Notes: generated by a model not told the origin, from the sequence alone. A stretch of 64,000 nt of DNA from a virus (IMGVR_UViG_3300035516_000188:314-64313); one strand, 5' to 3'; positions 46,974-57,671 are shown, counted from the first letter of the stretch. Numbers and translations: made by a program.

Positions 46974-47027
46974 GTTCTCTTCTTCCTTTCTATCTTTTGC
47001 TATTGTTCGTTTTTCGTTTATTGCGTA

Positions 47028-47719
47028 TCAAAGTAATATATTCAACCGTTCTACGGCATACTCGTAGTATTCCTTATCTAACTCAATGCCTATGTATTCT
47101 CTTCCACAAGCAATCGCTGCAAGTATAGTCGTACCACTGCCCATGAATGGATCGACAATCACATAACCCTCCGGGATTATCCCGACTATCTTTTTCATAA
47201 CTTCCAGCGGCATCTGACATGGGTGGCTGTTTCCTTCTTTGCGCTTGCTTACGTTCTTGACCTGATTTACGTTTATCCAGTCGTACATTTTGCCCCCCCA
47301 ATGCCTTGTTTTATGCGTTCTTGTATGCGTTTGTCATTTAAGTTCTTGTAGGGCTGTATCACTTTACTAAAATCCGGCTTAACACCCCAGAAAGCAATGT
47401 CTCTGTGCTGCCTTGGTGTGTTCGAGTTATAAACCCAAGAAACAACCCGGTCCGGAGCTTTTGCTTTCTCTATCGCCAAACGGTACATACTTTCCGGGTA
47501 ATGCACCACCGCGCAGCAATCGCCGACAACTTCCGCGAGCCATTTGTAATACTCATCTTCGCGCATCTTGTCTTTGTAGGACTTATAGTGACAACCTATG
47601 TTGAACGGCGGGTCGGTTACTACACAAATCTTCTTGTCAGAACTTTCTGCGCAAAGTTCTGCGCGAAGCTGCCTAAGTATTGGCAGACAGTCGCCGTGAT
47701 ATAATTTATTCGTTTCCAT
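47028..47719 (-). pseudogene. beta-class N6A/N4C DNA methyltransferase split by a frameshift at a G7 tract
   Basis: N-half has GDCL and TDPPF; C-half has HPCQMP and DPFMGSGTT; the halves are one nucleotide out of frame at GGGGGGG 47299-47293. Confidence 0.85.
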
Positions 47720-47730
47720 GGCTCGCTTGT

Positions 47731-49218
47731 TTAGAACGGCAAGTCATGCGCATCATGTTTGATGCCATCATACAAGCCCATCTCTTCTGCGGTCTCAGCT
47801 GTTCCAATACAGAACCAAGCACCGTTGTTTCTGTGCTCTTCTGCAAACTCTTTTTCTCGAAACAGCTTGCCCAAGGATTTTGAGCCGACAGTTTTATATC
47901 CATTTTCGTTGCAGTATTTCTCGTACTCTTCGCGCCATTGCGCAAGCGACTTCCACCTTTGGTCTTCTTTACCAGTAGGCTCAACTTTGATGTAATAGAA
48001 GTCACGTAACCATCTGCGAGCCGAGTTGCTGTCGTCTCGAAGCTCTCTTTGTGCGTCGATAACTTCTTGACCCAACTTAATATTTCCATCATTGGTTAAT
48101 AGCTCGTTGTAACCTTGCAATATCCAGTTGAATATCGCTTTCCTTGCTTCAACTGTGCTTAGCTTGTATGAAAGCATCGGGTCTTTATCTTTATCACCAA
48201 ACTGATGCCTTGTACTGTATATCGGCAAGATACGTCTGTGGTGCCCCCAAGAGTCATCCGTCGTCGGCGGCATCTCATTAGCACAGCATAGCATCATCGG
48301 TGCTTTAACCTTGAAAACGCACGTTCCGTATGGGTGCCTGGCTTGAAACTCTTCGCCAGAAACAAAACTCTTGAAATCTCCGCCGGAAAAGTCCTCATTT
48401 TTCAAGTCGTCCGTGAAGTTCGCTAACTTCCCGTCCAACTCCGCCAAGTTGTACATCGCATCGCTGTTTTTAAACAGTTGCTTTGGACTGAACTTAGTAA
48501 ACAGCTCAGAACCGAAAACGTTGCTAATAGCTTTTGCAATAATACTCTTACCGTTACTACCTGGCCCAAGCAAAAAACACATGTACTCAATCTTGATTTC
48601 ATCGCGGTTTACTAACAATGCGCCACAGAACATCTGAAATGCCAAACGCATCTCTTCGCTCGGAATAATCTCTACAACTTTTTCGTTCCAAAGCTGCATG
48701 GAATAGTCCGGGTCGTAGTCAAAATCAAGCACTATGTCTGTCTGATACTTAATGCTGAAATCTTTTAGCTTGTGCTCCTTTAAGTCTAACACACCATTAT
48801 CAAATACTATGTATCGTCTATTAGGCTTGAATACCGCCTCCGGGTCATTCTCCATGCCCGATAGGCACTCGTTGGCTATGAACTTATTACTAAGTTTCTG
48901 GTAAACAAGCCCAATATCCATCTTCTCCATAGCTTTCTTTATAATCTCCTGCAAGAAGGTCTTTTTTGTAACCTTCTCGTAGTATTTCCCATTGAACACG
49001 TGCAAGACACCACTCACACTGAGCTGGAATATCTTACTATGCGTTCTATATATATACCGTTCAAACAAGTCGCAGAGCTTAGCTTCCGAGTTTTTCTGCG
49101 GTCTCGAGTCACCTTCACCGAATGGTTGTATATCCGTGTTATTGTAATTCGGCAAGCTCGGCATTATATTGTCATATAGATACCCAATGAGGTAATCTAT
49201 CGTTTCTGAACCTATCAT
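47731..49218 (-). CDS. D5/P4-family primase-associated SF3 helicase
   Basis: D5-N like VFDNGVLDL; Walker A GPGSNGKS; MLCCANEMP; HHRRIL. Confidence 0.85.
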   Translation of the reverse strand: MIGSETIDYLIGYLYDNIMPSLPNYNNTDIQPFGEGDSRPQKNSEAKLCDLFERYIYRTHSKIFQLSVSGVLHVFNGKYYEKVTKKTFLQEIIKKAMEKMDIGLVYQKLSNKFIANECLSGMENDPEAVFKPNRRYIVFDNGVLDLKEHKLKDFSIKYQTDIVLDFDYDPDYSMQLWNEKVVEIIPSEEMRLAFQMFCGALLVNRDEIKIEYMCFLLGPGSNGKSIIAKAISNVFGSELFTKFSPKQLFKNSDAMYNLAELDGKLANFTDDLKNEDFSGGDFKSFVSGEEFQARHPYGTCVFKVKAPMMLCCANEMPPTTDDSWGHHRRILPIYSTRHQFGDKDKDPMLSYKLSTVEARKAIFNWILQGYNELLTNDGNIKLGQEVIDAQRELRDDSNSARRWLRDFYYIKVEPTGKEDQRWKSLAQWREEYEKYCNENGYKTVGSKSLGKLFREKEFAEEHRNNGAWFCIGTAETAEEMGLYDGIKHDAHDLPF

Positions 49219-49269
49219 AGCGTATTAGATTGACGTTTATACTCGTTTTGACACACGCTTAGATTGCCC

Positions 49270-49776
49270 TTATGGACGAACCAAACGGAAATCAAAAACA
49301 TAAACGTAGTTAGGTAATTGCTTTAAGCCGAACTCCGAAGAGAATATAATCTGTGCAGATGTTTTTAAAGACTCGTCATCTTCTCCTTCCATATCGTAGC
49401 CGTTTTTCCTCCATTCATCCAAGGTGACATCTTTGAACGGCTTAATTTCTACACGAGTCGCAATGAACGCTTCTTTAAGCTCAGAAACAACCATATATTT
49501 GCGATTGTCTCTTTTGCCAGTATTATCCGGATTAATCTTGCCTTCTCTTATATAATCACCATACGTTCGCGAGATGGCTACCTCCAATCCAAGCGGTATC
49601 GGCAATCTACTGTGACATGCAGAAATGAAGTATTTGTCTACTTCATACACTTTGTTGTCTAAAATAACCCGGCTAAAACCTTTCCGAAAGTCCGGAGCCT
49701 TCAAAATAATCTTAGTCTTCGTTCCGTTAAGCAGCTTTTTCGTCATCTCACGACAAAAGCAGATTTTTTTAATCAT
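49270..49776 (-). CDS. hypothetical protein (ASCH/PUA-like possible)
   Basis: 168 aa; LLNGTKT..I near the N-terminus and YVYVFDF at the C-terminus. Confidence 0.5.
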   Translation of the reverse strand: MIKKICFCREMTKKLLNGTKTKIILKAPDFRKGFSRVILDNKVYEVDKYFISACHSRLPIPLGLEVAISRTYGDYIREGKINPDNTGKRDNRKYMVVSELKEAFIATRVEIKPFKDVTLDEWRKNGYDMEGEDDESLKTSAQIIFSSEFGLKQLPNYVYVFDFRLVRP

Positions 49777-50213
49777 CTTTTCTTAGTTTTGGGGTTACGC
49801 ACTTATGTGTTTCAAGCACACCTGAACATGCCATGATTTAAGCAAGCCATGCGTCAGCGCAATGCCAGTAAGCACACAAGCACTTACAATTTCTTTTTCC
49901 ACTTCTAAAAAAAACAGCTTTTTCAGTTATGTTCTGTTGCCAAACAAACCGTTTCCACTCGGTTTGCGTATCATGATCGGGTCTACGTTCACTCTGGTCT
50001 GTGTCTTACTCGGGTTCCAAGTTTCAACTCAGTTCTGTTCACAGTTCCAACTAAGCTCGACCTTTCTTGGCAACATTCCACGAACAATCCTGATTAAGCT
50101 GCCTTATATTTTGCTTATCGTATTGTTGTTTTCGTCTTTTCGTCTTTTCGTCATCGGCGCACATCCGCGCCTTCGCATCACTATGACACCCCGCATTTCG
50201 CACTGATGCCATT

Positions 50214-50658
50214 TCCACAGTGATGGCGCAAGCTCCACAGTGATGGCGCAAGCTCCCTTATTGTTCTGAGTCTCTTCCATCGCTTGCGCCGCAAATATAA
50301 CGTCATTTTCTCTAAATGCAATATTTTTTTTCAAAAAAAAGTTTACCTATAATTTTTCAAGGAACCAAGTCGGTTCGGCATGGGCGGATGAAGTCGGTTC
50401 GACAGCAGCGGATGGTGAACGACTTCCAACGTAGGAGCCAAGATGCTTCACAAGTAGAAGCAAGGCTGCTTTTACAATTAGAATGTTGACCATCTTCCAA
50501 GTAGAACACTGACTTCCAAAGAATAATCCCAAGCTCCGTTACTATAATCCCAAGCTCCGTTACTGATATGTACGCATACGCGCGCGCAAGCAATGCCCTT
50601 GAGACAACAAGCCAATGCCCTTATGACGGCGCAAGCCCTTATGACGGCGCAAGCCCTT
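50214..50658. repeat. cluster of distinct 18-24 bp tandem duplications
   Basis: 20 bp x2 (50214), 24-bp period (50367), 21 bp x2 (50523), 18 bp x2.3 (50617). Confidence 0.85.
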
Positions 50659-51080
50659 GTGACAACCTTTCCAAGTGACGATTTGTGACGAAAATGACAA
50701 TCCGTGACGAAAAATCATCACTCGTGACGAAAAATCATCACAAATCGTCACAATTATAGCACAAAATAAACATTTTACCCAATAAAATATGCAATTTGTG
50801 ACGATTTGTGACGATGTGACAATCTTGAAAAAAAATCGTCACGAGGTTAAGTTGTTGTTTATCAGTAAATTGCATTATTACTGTGACGAAATGACAATAA
50901 TTTTCAGAAATATATATCAGGTGTGTGCGCGTGTGTGCATGTGCGTGTGTGCGCGTGTGAAGAGTTTTTCTATTTTTTTTCGTCATTTCGTCACAACTCT
51001 TTGTAAGTTATTAAAAATCAGTCATTTAACTCGTGACAATCTTTGTGACAATATTTTTTTTGTGACAATCTTTTCGTCAC
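50659..51080. repeat. GTGAC iteron-like cluster, candidate replication origin
   Basis: 16 GTGAC/GTCAC copies in both orientations within ~420 bp of AT-rich non-coding DNA at the strand switch. Confidence 0.6.
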
Positions 51081-51551
51081 AACTGCACACTTTTACTACT
51101 TTTGTGCATATTTTTTATCTCCCTCGCAATCCACTTCTTGAGCTTTTAACACTTTTCAGACAGCAGTTAACACACTTTTAGAATATTATTTTTTTACTAA
51201 ACATTCGTTTGTTAATATTATGTTAATAAATATGCCTATATGTTAACTAAATTACTCGGTATAGCTAAAATATGTGAAAAAAATTTTTCAGAGTCACAAC
51301 GGCGCGCTTGCTTGGGCTTAAATTTTTGACCCCCGCACCCCCTTTGCGGCTTGCTTTTGTGGGGCACGCTTGATTAAACACCTCCGTATGTTTCTGTAAA
51401 TCAATGTAATGAATATTCTAAAACGTTCGTTTTTGAGTGTTCATTATGCCATTTTTGCACCCAAAAAGGGCATTTTTTGGGGTCAAATGTTAAAATTTTT
51501 TTTTTCGCAAAGAAAAATCTCCGAATATTTTTTTTCATTGCGAAAAATCCG

Positions 51552-51559
51552 TATATTTG
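51552..51559 (+). promoter_or_regulatory. -7 element for the early operon
   Basis: CGTATATTTGCA upstream of the first plus-strand gene. Confidence 0.55.
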
Positions 51560-51676
51560 CAGTACATAAAAGGAGAGATATAAAGCTTCACAAAGAGAGA
51601 AAAAATAACCTGGTGGAGCTTGAATTCTCCAAAAAAAAACGAGTTCAATTTTTTAACCTCTTAAATACATAAGATT

Positions 51677-51928
51677 ATGAAACGTTCAGAACTTCAAGCG
51701 AGACAAACGGCGAACAGAGAACGCGCTCGCAAAGCAATCGAAACAGAAAATTTACATTTTCATCACTCAGCCACGCGCCGCGGGTATTGCAGAGCCGAAT
51801 TTATTGGTGCGCCTGAGCTTTACGAGGGTCGCTTTGGCTCGGGCATCCTGGTGAGACGTGGAAACATTAAGTTCAACCGATATTGCCGGTCAAACCGTTA
51901 CGAGGTTGTTGACTATTACGTGAAATGA
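51677..51928 (+). CDS. first early gene, hypothetical
   Basis: 83 aa; TCTTAAA-N11-ATG start. Confidence 0.65.
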   Translation: MKRSELQARQTANRERARKAIETENLHFHHSATRRGYCRAEFIGAPELYEGRFGSGILVRRGNIKFNRYCRSNRYEVVDYYVK

Positions 51929-52036
51929 GAGGTGGCACCGCCGCCACGATTGGAAAACAGAATAGAACAGAACAGAACAAAATAGAAAGAAACAGAACAT
52001 ATATAATTATAATTAATCTCTTAAAATACAAAAATC

Positions 52037-53446
52037 ATGACACAGAATGAAATTAGCCGTTATTTGGCATCAGGTTATCAGCCGGCATTTGTTTCTGGCA
52101 CGAAGAGCAACGGAGGCATTTTTAATAACAAAGTGTGCGCATTCAATGAGAGTACTTCAACACTGTTGCATAACATTGCCTTGTTGAATAATAATGCAAA
52201 CGTTGCAAATAAGATGGGATTTTTGTTCGCATCCACGGTCGGCAAAAACGAGCTGCACACTTTAGGAATTACAAAGGTCGTTTGGTATGGCGATTCTGAG
52301 TGGGAAACGATTAACGAGCAAAAGACGTTTACACGCGGCGCGACGGCTGCGAGTGGTGCGACGACGGCGACGACGAACACGGGCACCTCTGCGACGACTG
52401 CGAGCGCGCCCGCCGTGGGGGCGGCATCGTCGGCACCCGCCGCGACTTCGCCCGCCGTTGGTGCTTCGCCCGCCGCGACTTCGGCACCCGCAGCCACTAG
52501 GGTAGATGCCGCAAACTTTGTAGGCGCGTTTGTCGGTGCAATCGCACCCGCGGTGACAGCTGATGTTTTGTCGCGCATCGAGCCTCGCATTAACGAAATA
52601 GCCGCGAGTGCTTGTGTTAGACAAGAAATTACGATCAAGAAATTAGACGGCTCTGTGAAAAAAATGAGCGGTGTTTTTCACCCTCTTTTTGAGTTGCTTC
52701 TTAAAATGCTGAAAAACGAATGGAATATTAACGGTTTTATTCCTTATTTATACGGCCCGGCGGGCACCGGGAAAAACTGTCTTTGCAGACAACTCGCTGA
52801 AGCTTTGGATGTTGAATGTATCGAAGTGTCGCGTCCTGAGATGCCGCACGATTTAGTAGGTGCAAATGGCGTTAACGGATATATAGAAACTCAATTTGTT
52901 CATGCGCTTTTGCATGGCGGTTTGTGCCTCTTCGATGAAGTTGACACGTGGCCAAAGAACGTTATGGAAAAAATTCACGAGGGTTTGGCAAATGGTGTTT
53001 GGGATATTCCGACTTTAGGAAACATAAAACAGCACGAAAAATTTTATCTCGTGATGGCGGGCAATACCGCCGGTCGCGGTTCGTGCGGCGCTTTTAAGCG
53101 TGAGCCGCTTGACCCAGCGACGTGTCGCCGAGTGTGCTCGCTGTTCATGAATTATGATGAGCGTATTGAACTTAACTGCTGCGGCGGTGACCGTGAGTTG
53201 TTAGACTTTTTTCACGATTTACGCAGTGCATCTTTAAAGTGCGAGATTAGAGTGTTAACAACACTCAGCGAGATGACAAAATTGCGCGGTTTGGTCGCTC
53301 TCGGTGTGTCGCTCCCTGATGCAATGAAAGCTTCTTTTATTGCTGATCTTGACGAAGATAGCCTAAATTGTTTGTACGGCGCGTTGAAAGTTAGCGGCAA
53401 ATATAAAGATGCTTTCGGCAAAATCGTCGCCGATCCGCTGTATTAA
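52037..53446 (+). CDS. MoxR-like AAA+ ATPase
   Basis: YLYGPAGTGKN, LFDEVD, MAGNT, PLDPATCRR; Ala/Thr/Pro linker. Confidence 0.85.
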   Translation: MTQNEISRYLASGYQPAFVSGTKSNGGIFNNKVCAFNESTSTLLHNIALLNNNANVANKMGFLFASTVGKNELHTLGITKVVWYGDSEWETINEQKTFTRGATAASGATTATTNTGTSATTASAPAVGAASSAPAATSPAVGASPAATSAPAATRVDAANFVGAFVGAIAPAVTADVLSRIEPRINEIAASACVRQEITIKKLDGSVKKMSGVFHPLFELLLKMLKNEWNINGFIPYLYGPAGTGKNCLCRQLAEALDVECIEVSRPEMPHDLVGANGVNGYIETQFVHALLHGGLCLFDEVDTWPKNVMEKIHEGLANGVWDIPTLGNIKQHEKFYLVMAGNTAGRGSCGAFKREPLDPATCRRVCSLFMNYDERIELNCCGGDRELLDFFHDLRSASLKCEIRVLTTLSEMTKLRGLVALGVSLPDAMKASFIADLDEDSLNCLYGALKVSGKYKDAFGKIVADPLY

Positions 53447-53450
53447 AATA

Positions 53451-53488
53451 GTGCCCGGTGGCGGGGCATCCACATCGCCACCGGGCAC
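53451..53488 (+). other. 13-bp GC hairpin between the MoxR and vWA-like genes
   Basis: GTGCCCGGTGGCG / CGCCACCGGGCAC. Confidence 0.7.
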
Positions 53489-53525
53489 GAAACGAAACGA
53501 AACAAAGCAAAACGAAACAAAAAAA

Positions 53526-54329
53526 ATGGAAAAAATAATATACAATAAATTTAGCTCCATGAACGCCTTCAGCAAATTTTTAGCTGATAGGCAGCCGTGC
53601 GGCGCTTTTAAAGATGAGTTCGATTTGGCGAGCGTTGAAGAAAGCGAGAGTAGAACAGAATTTACAGGCACCAAAAGTTATGAAGATGCCGACAGTTTAT
53701 TAAAATTCGGCGACAAAGATAGTTTTAAAAAGCTGTCTTCGGGTCGCGTAAAAGTAGACGACGGCGACGGTGTTTCACAGAAAATATATCATAACGTTGT
53801 CGGGTGCTGCGTAGATTTAGGCGCATATCTCGCCGGCGCGCCAAACTGCATGATAGACGTGCACGAAGAAAACAAAGGTGCAAAAACTATTAAGGTTTTT
53901 TATTCCTCATCTGTTGGATATTCTGTCGATGCTAAAGAAGTCGCTATTGTCGCGAATAAATTTTTTAACGCGATAAAAAAGATTGAGCAGAGTGGAATAG
54001 ACGTTGAATTATACGTTGGTTCGGTCAATAAAATGGGCAACGAAACAGCAGCTTTTAGTGTTCTACTAAAAAGATGTGGAGAGCAAATTAGCCTATATAA
54101 GTGCGCTTATCCAATTATTAACCCGTCGTTTAATCGCCGCCACTCGTTTAGATATAGGGAGGTCTGCGGTGTAAAAAATAAAAAATGGGTAGACACTTAT
54201 GGTTATACGGTGTTTGAACGGCGAGAGATGGAAAAAATAATAAATATGCCGTGTTTTAATTATTATTCATGCGAGAATTTAAGTGTAGATGAGATTATTA
54301 AGGCTATTTTAAGCGGCATGATAAAATAA
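53526..54329 (+). CDS. vWA-like partner of the MoxR ATPase
   Basis: Start reassigned to ATG 53526; VVGCCVDLGAYLAGAPNCM; degenerate MIDAS-like strand (FYSSSVGYS). Confidence 0.55.
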   Translation: MEKIIYNKFSSMNAFSKFLADRQPCGAFKDEFDLASVEESESRTEFTGTKSYEDADSLLKFGDKDSFKKLSSGRVKVDDGDGVSQKIYHNVVGCCVDLGAYLAGAPNCMIDVHEENKGAKTIKVFYSSSVGYSVDAKEVAIVANKFFNAIKKIEQSGIDVELYVGSVNKMGNETAAFSVLLKRCGEQISLYKCAYPIINPSFNRRHSFRYREVCGVKNKKWVDTYGYTVFERREMEKIINMPCFNYYSCENLSVDEIIKAILSGMIK

Positions 54330-54428
54330 TTTATAAAGAGCTGCCACGCGCTTTGTGACAGCTCTCAGAAACGAACTAACAGAAACAACAACTAACAACA
54401 ACTAACAACAAACTAAAACCTTTGAGTT

Positions 54429-54725
54429 ATGGAAAAAGAATTTAAAGCAACACAGAACGCACAGAGCACACAGAACGGCGGCGGCGCTTCACAGAACGGC
54501 GGCGGCAAATCTCGTGAAAAATTTATAGACGAGCTTACAAATTTAGCTTACAGACTGATCAGAAACGGCTGCACGGTCGATGGTGTTCAATCTATCATTG
54601 AGGATATTTTAAATATTATGGTGGATGAGTTTAAGCCAATAATTAACCCGGTAGAACGAGGCAAAATGATTAGTGAAGCTATTTCACGAGCTTTAAATCA
54701 ATATGCCGCCGAAATGGGAGACTAA
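54429..54725 (+). CDS. hypothetical protein with QNGGG repeats
   Basis: 98 aa. Confidence 0.6.
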   Translation: MEKEFKATQNAQSTQNGGGASQNGGGKSREKFIDELTNLAYRLIRNGCTVDGVQSIIEDILNIMVDEFKPIINPVERGKMISEAISRALNQYAAEMGD

Positions 54726-54821
54726 CAGACGGCGGCGGGCATCTTATATGCGCGCTTCGTTCATGAAGATGCCCGCCAGTCACACTGACGCAGAAAATAA
54801 TCATCTTAAATATAAAAAGCA

Positions 54822-55193
54822 ATGGAAACAAATTTTTTTAGAGTATCGCACGTTGCAAAAACCGCCTTAAAACAGATTGTTGCGGGTGTAGGCTTAAATG
54901 TTGTATATTCGTGGGGGTTGACTTCTACACGTGCGACGGTTGTAAACGGTTCGCCAGCTCTTAAACTCACTGTCTCAGGTTTGATCTACAAAGGTAACGT
55001 TTATGTTATATATGATGAGAGTTCAGATTTATATATTGTCAAAACAGAAAACGAAGAGCATCGCGGAGTATTCTGTGACGATTTAGGTGCACTATTAGAC
55101 AGTATAATTGAACGACCGCTATATATGAGCGACGAGGAATATAGACGGTTAGCAATGGAAGACAGCAAAAAGAAAATGTGCGAGGGTGCATGA
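54822..55193 (+). CDS. hypothetical early protein
   Basis: 123 aa; TCTTAAA-N11-ATG start. Confidence 0.7.
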   Translation: METNFFRVSHVAKTALKQIVAGVGLNVVYSWGLTSTRATVVNGSPALKLTVSGLIYKGNVYVIYDESSDLYIVKTENEEHRGVFCDDLGALLDSIIERPLYMSDEEYRRLAMEDSKKKMCEGA

Positions 55194-55345
55194 TGCACGG
55201 CGCACGGCGCACGGCGCACGAGACGCGGAGAACATTGATTGTGTGTGTTTAGCCGTCGCCGAACGGGGCGGCACTGTAAAAAAACAGTGCGCCGGGGGTC
55301 GAGTCTCCGGGGCGGCACAAAAAAATCTCTTAAAACAAATTAGTT

Positions 55346-55675
55346 ATGAAAAGATTAGAATTAAGTGACAAAGCAACTGTCATCGCTATTATGCTCCAAG
55401 AGAGGGCGCGCGACGTTTGGCAGCGTGTAGAAGTTAACGCGCTCAAGCCGTGCACGGCGAAAGATATTTGCGCCGAAAAAGAATTACATATTCTGACGGT
55501 TATGGAAGCGACGTTGAAGAAGTTCACGTTATGTTTAGAACGCACGGAGGTTGTGTGTCGGCGGTTCCTTTTGGTTAACCGCCGACACGGAGCGAACGAA
55601 GCGCCACAGAAGCGCATGGAACGCAAAGAACGCACGGTGCGACGAAAACAGATTACTAAAATACTAAAATACTAA
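55346..55675 (+). CDS. hypothetical early protein
   Basis: 109 aa; TCTTAAA-N11-ATG start. Confidence 0.6.
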   Translation: MKRLELSDKATVIAIMLQERARDVWQRVEVNALKPCTAKDICAEKELHILTVMEATLKKFTLCLERTEVVCRRFLLVNRRHGANEAPQKRMERKERTVRRKQITKILKY

Positions 55676-55702
55676 AATACTAACATACTAAAACAAGCGA
55701 CT

Positions 55703-55978
55703 ATGAAGCAAAAGTTTTTCAGTGTTATGAAGGGCTATTCAACCGCCCTCGACACGTCGGTTAATTACACGTCGGTGGTTAAATCTCACATGACGAGACA
55801 TGATGCTAACGTATATTATAAAGAGCTGCTTTTACGTGCATCCAAAAAATTTGGTGAAGCCGGTGGAGTAATCGGCGCGGGTGAATTTTTCTGCATGACA
55901 CCACAACCGAACGGCGACGGCTTTAGATGGTTAGGGTTCAAAATCCAAGAAGAGCTGAGCTCGGCTTTTGTTGGATGA
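55703..55978 (+). CDS. hypothetical early protein
   Basis: 91 aa; ATACTAAA repeat leader. Confidence 0.6.
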   Translation: MKQKFFSVMKGYSTALDTSVNYTSVVKSHMTRHDANVYYKELLLRASKKFGEAGGVIGAGEFFCMTPQPNGDGFRWLGFKIQEELSSAFVG

Positions 55979-56074
55979 TCACACCTCGCAGCGGTCGCCG
56001 GGCGACACTGGCGGCTGCTGCACAACGACACAACGACACAACGACAATAACAAACAAATAACAACAATAAGGAA

Positions 56075-57034
56075 ATGAAAGCAACGAACTATTCTAAGCA
56101 TGAAGAGCTTGCAGAAGAGTGGGCTGATAATGGCATGCAGCTACCGAAAGTAGGAGATTATATCTTTGGCATCACGTCTGGTTACAAAGGCGACTCTGGG
56201 AAATATAAGCACGAATTATCGGATCTTATTCAAGATGGAGGCAACCGCCCGCGGCTTATTTTAGTAGCACACGTTGTCAAAGTGGATGATTTATTCAACA
56301 CGGATTATAGCGAATTGATAAAGCAATATGACATTCAAGGAGGTTGTAACTCTGACGACGTAGATTTGAGCGACCAAGACAAACGTTTTTCATTGACAGA
56401 TGAAGAGCGTGCAACGATTTACACGGTTGGAGCCGTCGTAGTTGACAACACTGGCAGATGGCTAATCGTTGACCCGGAGGGCTATAATTATCCACGTTAT
56501 TTTTACAGCGCGCCGAATTACGAAGATATGTTTGAAGCCGAAATAGAACAGATACAACAAGACAGAGCTAAACAAGCAGAAGAGGAACGCAAACAAGAAG
56601 AGGCGCAAATGGCACAACACGCGGATGCATACGAGAAAGTTAAGCAGCAAATGAGCGTGGATTATAGCTATCTGACCAAGATGCCCGACTCTACTGCAAA
56701 GATTAGAAATAACATCGTGAAGATGCTTAAAAAATTTATGCCTGACGTTTCGTTTCGTGTTACGGCGAATAAAAACAGTTATTACGGTCAACCTTTGGTA
56801 AACATATATGCCCCGAGGAAATGTTTTGAGGAAACAGAGAAGCGATTTAACGAGCTTTGGGAGCGCACCTTTGGGCGATTGATGCCGATAGGTATAAAGG
56901 GAGATGTAAAACACAATCATTACGATATGCCTTCGTGGCATGAATATAAAGAGTTAACTTCATGCCCTATGATGGAACTCTTTGGTTCGTTCACGTTTTA
57001 TAAATTGGATATAGATTTCAAAGATGGGGCTTAA
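56075..57034 (+). CDS. early protein with possible LPD29-like C-terminal domain
   Basis: IRNNIVKMLKKFMPDVSFRV resembles the IRxxLKxxFPxxKFSV pattern. Confidence 0.5.
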   Translation: MKATNYSKHEELAEEWADNGMQLPKVGDYIFGITSGYKGDSGKYKHELSDLIQDGGNRPRLILVAHVVKVDDLFNTDYSELIKQYDIQGGCNSDDVDLSDQDKRFSLTDEERATIYTVGAVVVDNTGRWLIVDPEGYNYPRYFYSAPNYEDMFEAEIEQIQQDRAKQAEEERKQEEAQMAQHADAYEKVKQQMSVDYSYLTKMPDSTAKIRNNIVKMLKKFMPDVSFRVTANKNSYYGQPLVNIYAPRKCFEETEKRFNELWERTFGRLMPIGIKGDVKHNHYDMPSWHEYKELTSCPMMELFGSFTFYKLDIDFKDGA

Positions 57035-57126
57035 ACGGCGCAAAGAGCGGTCTGACGGCGCACATACGCTAAGTGCGACTGGATGAGTAGTAAGAAACAA
57101 ACAAACAAGAATAAATAACAAGCAAT

Positions 57127-57315
57127 ATGAACACTAAACAAAAACAGTATCATTACGAATATGACGTGATTAACGTCGGTATGTGCTACGGCGGTGCAAG
57201 GTCAGGACACTACCGGACGTATCAGGAAGCGCGGGACGCCGCTGCCGCGGAACGTTGCTGGGGCAACCGCGGCTCTTCCTGGTGGATTCGCAAGACGCGC
57301 GTTTATGAGCGCTAA
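57127..57315 (+). CDS. hypothetical early protein
   Basis: 62 aa; A-rich leader. Confidence 0.55.
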   Translation: MNTKQKQYHYEYDVINVGMCYGGARSGHYRTYQEARDAAAAERCWGNRGSSWWIRKTRVYER

Positions 57316-57350
57316 ACGAGACGAGTATAAACAACTAAAGCTATATAACT

Positions 57351-57671
57351 ATGGGAAAAATAACAAGACCATACGGAACGGCGGTCGGTTACTTCACGAA
57401 CGAAAAACCGATAAAGCGCGAATATCCGCGCACGGAACTAGACGAGGTAAAAGATAGCTTAGATTTCCTTCTGCAAAGTGTTGATGGAAGTTACTACACT
57501 ATCTTTGTAACGAGTAACGAACTAGCGAAGGAATTAACTAGCGTAGCGAAGTTGGACGAGAACCGGAAACGGGGCCGACGGGTTGAGAAATCAAGCGACA
57601 AGATATTTTCTCTTTGCGAGAAATATTTCAAGCGGGTAAGCGAGATTTACCGCTGGGCAGCAGACTTCTAA
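57351..57671 (+). CDS. hypothetical early protein
   Basis: 106 aa. Confidence 0.55.
   Translation: MGKITRPYGTAVGYFTNEKPIKREYPRTELDEVKDSLDFLLQSVDGSYYTIFVTSNELAKELTSVAKLDENRKRGRRVEKSSDKIFSLCEKYFKRVSEIYRWAADF

Noticed and set aside
50214-50760. CRISPR array in the repeat-rich region
   Set aside because: Repeats are adjacent tandem pairs of different sequences with no unique spacers, and no cas genes are present.
49862-51672. Short ORFs across the strand-switch region
   Set aside because: They translate tandem repeats and low-complexity DNA in several frames and have no Bacteroidota-type leaders.
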